From assembly GCA_032128375.1 (NCBI GenBank), contig JAQBGU010000111.1, positions 1-33,669 on the forward strand: a DNA stretch of 33,669 nt. Reading direction: 5' to 3'. The DNA comes from Deltaproteobacteria bacterium. Its GTDB lineage: Bacteria > Myxococcota_A > UBA9160 > SMWR01. How positions within the stretch are numbered: the first letter of the stretch is position 1; every line of letters begins with the position of its first letter. This document shows positions 1-8,454 of this stretch, in pieces. Made by a program: the position numbers and the translations under genes. The notes beneath the pieces were generated by a model that saw only the letters and a list, made by a program, of their open reading frames with translations, searched no databases and was not told the DNA's origin.

Positions 1-1285
1 CGGCACCGTGCGAGACCGCGCTTCCGACATCGGTCACCAGCCCCGCAATCAGACTGAAATAGGGCGACCACCCGACATCGGTAACGGACGCGATCAGTAT
101 CTCGCCCTCGCGAAGCGCTTCTGCGCCCTCGAACTGCGTGACCACGCGTGCCACACCCACCACACGGCCTCGGCTCACCGAAGCGCCGCTGACCGCCTTC
201 AGCGTCGGGTCTGTGTGGACCTCAGCCGTCAGCGGCTCGGGCATTCCGCGAAAGACATCTGGGAAGCGAAGCGATTCCTGGTATGGAAAGACCTTTCTAC
301 GCGCGATCGCGAGCGCGGTCAATTGGGTGTCTCCCGTCGACGCCAAGCGTCCCAGCTCCTCGTGACGCAAAAAGTAGACAGCATCGGTATCGGGCAACAA
401 CCCCTCTTCGACCATGCGCGTTGCAAGCCGCCGATACACCTGCTTGAAGAGTGTCGTGGTCGTGACCAACCCTGATTTGGTTTCTTCCCGCGCGCGCACC
501 GTCTGACGCGCCACGCGCGTCAGGCAGCGAATCATCACGCCATAAGCCTTCGCCGCGGGCGGCTTCGCGACGAACTGCCTCGCACGGCCAGCGGAACGCT
601 GACGTAGAGGCAGCTGGATCGATTTGATCAGCGGTGTCGGATCCTCACGCCACTCCGGCTGGCGCAACTCCAGCTCCTTGATGACGCGGTGTCCGTGGCG
701 ATCCAAGTAGCGGCGCCACGCCTGCCCAGCTCCACCCGACGCGGAGCTTGCCAGCCACTCGAGCGCTTGCTCGGGCGCCGCTTGTATGAATCGCACCGGG
801 CCGTCTGGATGTGCAGCGATCTGCGCTTGAAGGTGCTCGGCCCCTGCCACAATGTCGGCGCTCTCGACACCCTCGGCGCCGGCGAGCAACCCCGCCACCT
901 CCACGTGATGCGCCCGGGTCGGCGTCTGTCCGCCTGCGAGAATCCCCAGCAGAGTCGGCGCGAGCGCACCGGAACCCGCAGACGACACCAGGTGGTGATC
1001 CATCGCGTGATGTATCGCCGGCAGCCGGGCATCGATGAGCCGCCACAACTCGCTGGCGCGTTCTGCATCCGGAAACACGAGGTTTTCGTTGAGCCGCTTC
1101 AGCGCTCTTCGAGCAGCGCGCTGCCCAAGCAGGTAGTGGAGGTAGCGCAGACCGCCCGCGATCCTTCGCGGCCAGGCCGGGGGTGGTGAGCCTTCGATCT
1201 CGAACTCGGTGATCGGGCGACCGCAAATCGACTGCGCCATCTGGTCGGCGCTCGAACCGAGCGCGTGCGTGGCCGTTTCGCTCAT
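1..1285 (-). CDS. PEP-utilising enzyme, phosphohistidine swivel-domain protein (RPH/PigC/PPDK-like C-terminal half); runs off the left edge
   Basis: Not in the ORF track because it has no stop inside the window. My translation of the minus frame from ATG 1285 gives MSETATHALGSS...YLDRHGHRVIKELELRQPEWREDP...VSRGRVVGVARVV...LREGEILIASVTDVGWSPYFSLIAGLVTDVGSAVSHGA, which is the swivel-domain T-D-x-G-x-x-x-S-H-G-A motif. GGAGG lies ~16 nt upstream and in-frame stops precede the ATG. Confidence 0.85.
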   Translation of the reverse strand, partial: MSETATHALGSSADQMAQSICGRPITEFEIEGSPPPAWPRRIAGGLRYLHYLLGQRAARRALKRLNENLVFPDAERASELWRLIDARLPAIHHAMDHHLVSSAGSGALAPTLLGILAGGQTPTRAHHVEVAGLLAGAEGVESADIVAGAEHLQAQIAAHPDGPVRFIQAAPEQALEWLASSASGGAGQAWRRYLDRHGHRVIKELELRQPEWREDPTPLIKSIQLPLRQRSAGRARQFVAKPPAAKAYGVMIRCLTRVARQTVRAREETKSGLVTTTTLFKQVYRRLATRMVEEGLLPDTDAVYFLRHEELGRLASTGDTQLTALAIARRKVFPYQESLRFPDVFRGMPEPLTAEVHTDPTLKAVSGASVSRGRVVGVARVVTQFEGAEALREGEILIASVTDVGWSPYFSLIAGLVTDVGSAVSHGA

Positions 1286-1393
1286 CGAGGTGCGAACGCA
1301 CCCTCCGGGTACGGATCAGCATCGAGAAACTTGCCCAACAGCTCCTCACCGACGAAACTCGCATCGATCACCCACTGAAAAAGAGGTCCAACC

Positions 1394-2443
1394 ATGACGG
1401 ACGCCAATCCCAGAATCGAAGTTTCCGCAAAGACGGGTCACGCATCGGTCGATTTTCGCCACCGTACCGGCGAACACTGCGCATCTACTGCGCTACGCAA
1501 CCTGCTATCACACCGCGGAATCGAACTCTCCGAAGGCATGATCTTCGGCTTGGCGAGTGGCCTTGGCTTCTTTTACCTGCGCAGTGACCAGATGAGCCCG
1601 ACCCGGATGTTCCACGGCCGCACCCCTACGCTGGAGAGCGACTTCGGCGACAACACCGGTATCGATTTTGTCGACCGGGTGGAACCCGATGACGATACGG
1701 CGTGGCGCATCCTGCGCGAGCGGTTGCGCTCCGGCGAGCCGGTCATGCTGAGTACCGACACCTTCTACCTGGGCTACCACCAGACGACCAGCCACTTCCC
1801 CGGCCACCGCTGTGTCGCAGTCGGCTACGACGACGAGACCGAATCGGTGTGGATCGCAGACCGGAAATTCGAGCAGTACCAGCGCTGTTCGTTCGACGAG
1901 CTGCGCCAAGCGCGCAATGCATCGGATTACCCGATGAAGTGTCACAACCAATGGGGTGACTTCGGCGCCGATATCAGCTTCGGTCGGCCGTTCGAGGAGG
2001 CGATCCGGCTGGCGCTGCAGCGCAACGCCAACGACATGCTCGCCCCGCGCAGTGATTGGCCGAGTGGAATCCCCGCGATGCGAGATTTGGCAGACGAGTT
2101 TGCGTCGTGGGCCGACATCGGGGATTGGTCGTGGGCCGCGCGTTTCGGCTACCAGATCGTGATCAAGCGCGGCGCCGGGGGCAGCTTCTTCCGCACGCTG
2201 TATTCGGCCTTCTTACGCGAATCGGAAAGCACGCTGCCCGCCATTCGGGATGCCAAACTCGCGGATCGGATGGACCGCATCGCGACGCGTTGGTGCGACC
2301 TCGCCGAGACATTGAAGCAGCAGAGCGAGCTTGAACAGTGCGACCCGAGCCTCTTCGAACGCGCTGCGGAGCTGGCCGCAGAACAAGCCGACGCCGAAGA
2401 AGGCTTCTTCCGAGATGCGCTGGCGGTGGCGACCCACACCTGA
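1394..2443 (+). CDS. BtrH-like protein (BtrH N-terminal papain-like domain + DUF4872-like C-terminus)
   Basis: H-C-x-S-T-A-L-R-N-L-L, SEGMIFGLASGLGFFY, GEPVMLSTDTFYLGY, HFPGHRCVAVGYD and GGSFFRTLY motifs; AAGAGG RBS. Confidence 0.8.
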   Translation: MTDANPRIEVSAKTGHASVDFRHRTGEHCASTALRNLLSHRGIELSEGMIFGLASGLGFFYLRSDQMSPTRMFHGRTPTLESDFGDNTGIDFVDRVEPDDDTAWRILRERLRSGEPVMLSTDTFYLGYHQTTSHFPGHRCVAVGYDDETESVWIADRKFEQYQRCSFDELRQARNASDYPMKCHNQWGDFGADISFGRPFEEAIRLALQRNANDMLAPRSDWPSGIPAMRDLADEFASWADIGDWSWAARFGYQIVIKRGAGGSFFRTLYSAFLRESESTLPAIRDAKLADRMDRIATRWCDLAETLKQQSELEQCDPSLFERAAELAAEQADAEEGFFRDALAVATHT

Positions 2444-2456
2444 TTACCATGGATCG

Positions 2457-3185
2457 ATGCGCTTCGAGCCGCTCGCTGCATCACAGATCACGTCCTATCG
2501 CGAGCTGGGTTGGCTGAGTCTGGGACGACTCCTCGACCCGGCTGGGATCGGAGCACTACTCGCGCAGGAACAAAAATTCCGGCTCGATGTGGGCTACGGC
2601 GGCTCCGAGAACCAGAACCTGCGCGTGAACATTCAGCTCTGCAATCGCTCTGAGCCGGTGCGCAGCTTCTGTATTGCCGGCCCCCACCTGCCGATGTTGC
2701 AACAGCTCGTCGGACCGAACCTGTGTCTCACCCACCAACAATTCGTCACCAAGCTTCCCGACAGGAATGAACAGCGCAGCGACATCCCCCTGCATCAAGA
2801 CAACGGCTATGGCCAGCTCGATCCCATGACCGACATCAGCGTTTGGATACCACTCGTCGACACGGATGAGAAGAACGGCTGCCTGCACATCGTACCAGGG
2901 TCGCATCGCGGCGGTCTTCTCGAACACGGGCGCGCCGGGATCAACCCCGTCCTGATGGAAGCGATGACGCCGCATCCGGCAACACCCGTCGAAGCGAGGG
3001 CTGGCGAGGGCATCGCGTTCAGTGGACTCACGTTGCACGGTTCCGGACCCAACCACTCGCCGAGCGTTCGACCCGCACTCTACGTCCGCTATTGCGAGCC
3101 ACACGTCCGACTGCTGAGTGAGGGAGGCCGATCGGTACTCGACGATCCTCATTCTTGGATGGTCTGCGGCGAGGCCGGCGCATAG
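2457..3185 (+). CDS. Phytanoyl-CoA dioxygenase family Fe(II)/2-oxoglutarate dioxygenase
   Basis: H-Q-D (PLHQDNGY), WIPLVDTDEKNGCLHIVPGSH and distal H (LHGSGPNHS..R). Start moved to ATG 2457, just after the BtrH-like stop. Confidence 0.9.
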   Translation: MRFEPLAASQITSYRELGWLSLGRLLDPAGIGALLAQEQKFRLDVGYGGSENQNLRVNIQLCNRSEPVRSFCIAGPHLPMLQQLVGPNLCLTHQQFVTKLPDRNEQRSDIPLHQDNGYGQLDPMTDISVWIPLVDTDEKNGCLHIVPGSHRGGLLEHGRAGINPVLMEAMTPHPATPVEARAGEGIAFSGLTLHGSGPNHSPSVRPALYVRYCEPHVRLLSEGGRSVLDDPHSWMVCGEAGA

Positions 3186-3291
3186 GGAGAACCCAAGTGT
3201 GTCATTCACCCGGCATTTATTGGCCAGCGCCTGCAGTTTCCGTACTGTTACGTGATTCGAGAGTTCACCCGCCGAAGGTTACCGGTCCCCA

Positions 3292-4893
3292 ATGACTGAC
3301 AGCTGCTCCAGACGCCCGAATGTGCTGTTGATTGTTACCGATCAACAACGCGCCGATCACGTCGGCTTCGGTGGTAACGACATCGTCCGAACTCCCAACC
3401 TCGATGCGCTGGCAGCCCGCGGGACGATCTTCGATCGCTGCTACGTCGCAAACCCGGTCTGCATGCCGAACCGCAGCACGATCCTCACCGGGCGGGTACC
3501 CACAGCACACGGATGCATCTTCAACGACCGATCACTGGCGTGGGGTACGAACACCTTCGTGCGCTCACTTCGATCGGCGGGCTACCGCACCGCGCTGATC
3601 GGCAAGAGTCATCTCCAACACGGACTCAGTTCCGATCAGGTCCATGACCCCGAGTTGGGTGCGGCGCTCGGCGACCCCTACGCGGCCGGCTGGGACACCC
3701 TGGAGGACCCCGAACGCTACGAAGCGGGCCCGGTCGATGTCCCCGAGGACTTCTACGGTTTCGGTCACGTCGAGTTCGCGATCGGCCACGGCGATCTGAT
3801 TGCCGGACACCACTTGCGCTGGGCACTCGATCGCGGCGCAGACCCGGACGTGCTGTGCCGGGCCTGGGGTCCCGACCAGCCAGTAAAGCAACGCTACGAC
3901 GGGTGGTGGCAGGTGTATCAACCCTTGGTACCCGAGTCGCTGTACTCGACGACGTTCGTCACCGAGCGGAGCGTGGCGTGGCTCGAAGACCGGCGCGGAC
4001 CCGATGAGCCGTGGTTCTTGCAGTGCTCGTTCCCCGACCCGCACCATCCCTTCACGCCGCCGGGCGATTGGTGGGACGCACACGACCCGGCAGCGATGCC
4101 AATCCCCGATAGCTTCGACGATCCGCTCGAAGATGCTCCGCGGCACCTCAAATTGATCCAGAACCTGAAACCGGGCAAGAACCCGGTTCAGATGTTCGGC
4201 CCGACCCGAGAGCAGGTCCAGCACGCCCTCGCGGCCGAGTACGGAATGCTCGAAATGATCGACGACGGCGTCGGCAAGGTGCTCGCTGCGCTCGATCGAA
4301 GCGGTACAGCCGACGACACGATCGTGATCTTCACCAGCGACCACGGCGACATGTTCGGCGACCACGGTCTGATGCTGAAGGGCTGGATGCACTACCAGGG
4401 CACGTTGCGGGTTCCGCTGGTGATCGCGCTGCCGGTTTCCGCTGCTTCGGGAAATACGACTGGCACTCCTTCGCGTACCCAGGCGATGGCTTCGAGCCTG
4501 GATCTGGCACAGACCGTGCTCGATTTCTGCGGCCTCCAGGAATTTGACGGGATGCAGGGGGTGAGTCTGCGCCCGCTGCTCGAAGACCCGAGCACGAGCG
4601 TGCGTGATCACGTGTACATCGAAGACGACAACCCCAACGCCGCTCGCATGAAGGTGCTCCCCGAGAAGGCCAGAACGCTGCTCACGGAGCAGGGTCGGAT
4701 TACCCGCTATGCCAGCGGCGAGACCGAGGTGTTCGATCTCGAAGCCGACCCCGACGAAATGAAGAATCTTGCCGGCAAGCCCGAGGGCCGCGATCGCCAG
4801 GCATACCTCATCGAAAGGCTCGCCGATGCTCTTATCCAATACTCCGACTTGGCGAAGCCAGGGCCCCTGACCGTCGACCCGGTCGTCGAATAA
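3292..4893 (+). CDS. Formylglycine-dependent sulfatase (Cys-type)
   Basis: RPNVLLIVTDQQR, C-x-P-x-R (CMPNRSTILTGR), GKSH, PHHP and FTSDHG motifs; no signal peptide evident. Confidence 0.93.
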   Translation: MTDSCSRRPNVLLIVTDQQRADHVGFGGNDIVRTPNLDALAARGTIFDRCYVANPVCMPNRSTILTGRVPTAHGCIFNDRSLAWGTNTFVRSLRSAGYRTALIGKSHLQHGLSSDQVHDPELGAALGDPYAAGWDTLEDPERYEAGPVDVPEDFYGFGHVEFAIGHGDLIAGHHLRWALDRGADPDVLCRAWGPDQPVKQRYDGWWQVYQPLVPESLYSTTFVTERSVAWLEDRRGPDEPWFLQCSFPDPHHPFTPPGDWWDAHDPAAMPIPDSFDDPLEDAPRHLKLIQNLKPGKNPVQMFGPTREQVQHALAAEYGMLEMIDDGVGKVLAALDRSGTADDTIVIFTSDHGDMFGDHGLMLKGWMHYQGTLRVPLVIALPVSAASGNTTGTPSRTQAMASSLDLAQTVLDFCGLQEFDGMQGVSLRPLLEDPSTSVRDHVYIEDDNPNAARMKVLPEKARTLLTEQGRITRYASGETEVFDLEADPDEMKNLAGKPEGRDRQAYLIERLADALIQYSDLAKPGPLTVDPVVE

Positions 4894-4929
4894 GTCGTGG
4901 AACAAGTCATCGAACAAGTCATCGCATAG
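4882..4929 (+). repeat. Imperfect 12-bp tandem repeat x4 spanning the sulfatase stop codon
   Basis: gtcgtcgaataa / gtcgtggaacaa / gtcatcgaacaa / gtcatcgcatag. Confidence 0.85.
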
Positions 4930-4976
4930 ATCGCCGATTCGGAATCACCCGGCTCGGCGCCCGCTTTTCGACGGTA

Positions 4977-7439
4977 GTGGTAGCATCACGCAATTCGCCC
5001 TTGGATGGACCCATGCTCACTCCGTATCGCGTACTCGACCTGACCGACCACCGCGGGGAAATCGCGGGGATGATTCTCGGCGATCTCGGTGCGGACGTCA
5101 TCCGGATCGAGCCGCCCGAGGGTTCCGAGGCCAGACGCCGAGGGCCGATGCTCGACAGCGGCCCAAACAGCGAACGCAGTCTGCAGTTCCGCGCCTACAA
5201 TCGCAACAAGCGCTCGATTGTGTTGGATCTGCACAGCGACGCCGGACGCGCTCGATTCCTCGAACTGGCTGCAGGATCAGACTTCGTCGTCGAGTCGGCC
5301 CCGCCGAGCCTGCTCGCGACCGTCGGTCTCGGCTTCGAGGCGTTGCGACGCGCCAACGGGAAGATCGTATCGGTGCAGATCACGCCCTTCGGCAGCGACG
5401 GTCCGTATGCCAGCTGGGCAGCCAGCGATCTCACCATCGCAGCGCTCGGCGGCCCGATGTCGCTGCAGGGTGCCGCGGAACGCGCACCCGTGCGGGTATC
5501 GGTTCCCCAGGTGTGGCGACACACCGGTGCTGAGGCCGCCGCAGCGGCGCTGATCGCCCACGCTCGTATGTTGCGCACCGGCGAAGCGCAGCTGGTAGAT
5601 GTGTCCGCACAGGCCGCGATGACCTGGACGATGATGAATGGCATGGGCGCGGCTGCGGTCGACAAGAATTACACCCGGATGGGTTCGTTGCTGCAGTTGG
5701 GCATGATCACTCTGCCATGCGTATTCGAGTGCAAGGACGGCTATGTGGTCGCCGCGACCGCTGGTGCGGCCCTGCCCTTGTTGATCCAATGGCTGATCGA
5801 TATCAGCGCAGTCCCCGCAAGCTGGGCCGACGAGGACTGGCCGACCTATCAAGAGCGGGTCATGACCGGGAAGCCGGTCTCGATGCAGCCCCAAGACATC
5901 ATGCTTTCGATGCTCGCGTTCCTGAAGGCGCGCACGAAGGCAGAGCTGTTACAAGGGGGTCTGGAGCGGCGCATCACGATGGCACCGGTCAACAACGTGA
6001 GCGACCTGCTCGCCTTCTCCCACCTCGAAGAGCGCGGTACCTGGGAAGCCGTCGCGTTGCCCGACGGGCGATCGGTTCGCGGCCCGGGCGTATTCGCCAG
6101 CGCGACGAAAACCCCGCCCAGTACGCGCCTGCCGAGTCCCCGGCTCGACGAACACGGCGACGCCATCCGAGCGGAGCTGAAAAGCGGCCGCCGCACGCTA
6201 TTCCCAACCCCCGTGCCCGATGGCGCCGATACGCTGCCGTTCGCGGGCCTGAAGATCGCGGACCTCACCTGGGTCGTCGCGGGCCCCGCGACCACGCGCT
6301 ACCTGGTCGACCAGGGTGCGAGCGTGGTGCGGGTCGAATCCGAATCGAAACCCTGCGCGACCCGCGTGGCGGGGCCGTACCGCGATGGTGTACCCGGACT
6401 CAATCGTTCGCACTTCTACGGCGACTACAACGCGGGTAAGCTCGGAATCGCCCTCAACTTGAAAAAGAAGGAAGGCGTCGAAATCGTCAAGCGCCTGATC
6501 GACTGGGCCGATGTGTACATCGAGAATTTCCGGCCCGGCGTAGTCGATCGCCTGGGAATCGGCTACCAGGTGGCGCGCGAAATCAACCCCTCGGTGGTCA
6601 TGCTCAGCACGTCGCTGATGGGCAGCCGCGGTCCCGCATCCCATCTGGCCGGCTTCGGCTATCACGCGGGTGCCATTGCGGGTTACTACGAAGTGACGGG
6701 ATGGCCCGATCTCCCGCCCGACGGGCCGTGGCTGGCCTACACCGATACCGTGGCCCCGCGATTCCAGGTGGCAGCCCTGATGGCTGCGATCGACCACAGA
6801 CGGCGGACCGGCGAGGGGCAGCACCTGGAGTTCGCACAGCTCGAAGCCTCGCTGCAATTTCTCGCGCCCGAAATTCTCGCCGTGGAGGCGGGGGCCGAAG
6901 CACCGACGCGCAATGGCAACCGCGCGCGCGACGCCGCTCCGCAAGGCGCGTATGCGTGTTCGGGCGACGACCAGTGGTGCACGATCGCCGTCGAAACCGA
7001 CTTGCAGTGGCGTGCGTTGTGTCGCGCACTCGGCGATCCTGCGTGGTCGAGCGCGACGGCGCTCGAAAGCGTCGCCGGACGCATCGCGGCCCACGATTCA
7101 ATCGACCAACACCTCAGTGCGTGGACGAAGTCGCGCGACGCCCGCGATGTCATGCGGACGCTGGTCGATTCGGGGGTACCGGCCGGTGTCGTGCAGCGCA
7201 GCAGCGACTTGCTCGTCGACCCGCAGTATCGCCACCGCGGGTTCTTTCGCGAATACGAACATCCCGAGATCGGGCGCGCCCCGTACGCCGGCCCCGCCAG
7301 CCGAATCCGTGGCTACGACGCCGGTGCGCGCGATCGCGACCCGCTGTTCAACGAACACACCGTCCAAGTCCTGTCCGAGGTGCTGTGCATGACGGACGCA
7401 GAAATCGCCGCGGGCTTCGCGTCGGGCGCAATCGGATAG
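4977..7439 (+). CDS. Fused tandem family III CoA-transferase (two CaiB/BaiF domains)
   Basis: Two repeats: RVLDLT...LGADVIRIEPPEG...YNRNKRSIVLDL and LKIADLTWVVAGP...YNAGKLGIALNLK...ENFRPGV. The catalytic-type Asp (AYTDTVA) is seen only in the second. Start may be TTG 5001 or ATG 5013. Confidence 0.92.
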   Translation: MVASRNSPLDGPMLTPYRVLDLTDHRGEIAGMILGDLGADVIRIEPPEGSEARRRGPMLDSGPNSERSLQFRAYNRNKRSIVLDLHSDAGRARFLELAAGSDFVVESAPPSLLATVGLGFEALRRANGKIVSVQITPFGSDGPYASWAASDLTIAALGGPMSLQGAAERAPVRVSVPQVWRHTGAEAAAAALIAHARMLRTGEAQLVDVSAQAAMTWTMMNGMGAAAVDKNYTRMGSLLQLGMITLPCVFECKDGYVVAATAGAALPLLIQWLIDISAVPASWADEDWPTYQERVMTGKPVSMQPQDIMLSMLAFLKARTKAELLQGGLERRITMAPVNNVSDLLAFSHLEERGTWEAVALPDGRSVRGPGVFASATKTPPSTRLPSPRLDEHGDAIRAELKSGRRTLFPTPVPDGADTLPFAGLKIADLTWVVAGPATTRYLVDQGASVVRVESESKPCATRVAGPYRDGVPGLNRSHFYGDYNAGKLGIALNLKKKEGVEIVKRLIDWADVYIENFRPGVVDRLGIGYQVAREINPSVVMLSTSLMGSRGPASHLAGFGYHAGAIAGYYEVTGWPDLPPDGPWLAYTDTVAPRFQVAALMAAIDHRRRTGEGQHLEFAQLEASLQFLAPEILAVEAGAEAPTRNGNRARDAAPQGAYACSGDDQWCTIAVETDLQWRALCRALGDPAWSSATALESVAGRIAAHDSIDQHLSAWTKSRDARDVMRTLVDSGVPAGVVQRSSDLLVDPQYRHRGFFREYEHPEIGRAPYAGPASRIRGYDAGARDRDPLFNEHTVQVLSEVLCMTDAEIAAGFASGAIG

Positions 7440-7491
7440 TCAAAACGCCGCGATTTGATTTACAATCGAAGATCATTCTGGAGACGACACA

Positions 7492-8235
7492 GTGGCCAAG
7501 CCGTTCAGCGAATCCAAGAGCGAACAGGGCGTCACCCGGTTGGTGGGCCGACGAAAGGCCGAGGCTGCAGCTGCGTTGGAGGCACTGCTCGTCGGCGCAA
7601 GCCGCGTCAGCGCGGTGACCGCAGCCGATGTCGCAGCGGCCTGCAAGTCCGTCAAGGTCGACGGAGCCCGCCAGATCCGCAAGGAATGCAAGCTGCTCTA
7701 CGGGCGCTACCTCGACTATTGCTTCGAAGACAAGATGCTCAGTCCCGAGGAATCCGCCAATCTCGCGCACCTGCAGCAGATCCTTTCTCTCAGCGATGCC
7801 GACGTCGCCGTTGTGCAAGACGATGTGAGCATCGGCGTCTACGGCCAGGCCGTCGCCGAAGTTCTCGAAGATCTGCGCATCGACCCCGACGAGGCCGACT
7901 TCCTGCGTCGGCTGCGCGAGCAGCTTCGCATATCGGAGGCCAAGGCCGAACGCATCCTCGAAGATGGCACCCGCCAAGCGAGAGGACGGGCGCTTCGCGA
8001 GGCTTCCGCCAGCGACGAAACCTTCGTCGAGCGAAGAGAACCCGCCGGCGATTTCACCGGTCGCTCGAAAGACGGTCTCGAGGCAGCCGTCAACGATGCG
8101 CTCGGCAAGGCCAGCCTGGCGATCCCCCAACTCAGCTGGTTCGAAGTGAAGCAGATCAGCGGCTACGTCGACCACGGGTCGACCGCGCAGTGGTATGTGA
8201 TCCTGCAAGCGGGAATCGAGCGCGACGATCGCTGA
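7492..8235 (+). CDS. Hypothetical protein: two helical TerB/Tic110-like repeats fused to a C-terminal dodecin domain
   Basis: The C-terminal ~60 aa (FTGRSKDGLEAAVNDALGKAS...LSWFEVKQISGYVDHGSTAQWYVILQAG) follow the dodecin pattern. The N-terminal part has two Y..y...c.ED..l.p.E...L..L...L.lS repeats. GGAGA RBS before the GTG. Confidence 0.75.
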   Translation: MAKPFSESKSEQGVTRLVGRRKAEAAAALEALLVGASRVSAVTAADVAAACKSVKVDGARQIRKECKLLYGRYLDYCFEDKMLSPEESANLAHLQQILSLSDADVAVVQDDVSIGVYGQAVAEVLEDLRIDPDEADFLRRLREQLRISEAKAERILEDGTRQARGRALREASASDETFVERREPAGDFTGRSKDGLEAAVNDALGKASLAIPQLSWFEVKQISGYVDHGSTAQWYVILQAGIERDDR

Positions 8236-8454
8236 GTATGGAGCAGGTGACGTCAACTTTGCCCTTGATGAATTGCCGGCCGGACGTTGATCGAAGTTCA
8301 CTAAATCGAATCCGCCTGACGTTGGATCTATGACGTTGGATCGCGCTCCGACCCGTTTCGAACGCGTAGTCCGCACGATTCGCAGTGACGCGATGTCGGC
8401 TTAGCGCACCTGTTCCCCGGGCGGCGCTGCGGTGATCGTGATACCAACTCGTCC

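Noticed and set aside
8..1397. Track ORFs 8-475, 628-1068, 645-1364, 689-1189
   Set aside because: Shadow frames of the unlisted minus-strand PEP-utiliser CDS.
4891..4929. Stop read-through of the sulfatase (VVE*VVEQVIEQVIA*)
   Set aside because: The TAA lies within a tandem repeat; duplication explains the pattern without recoding.
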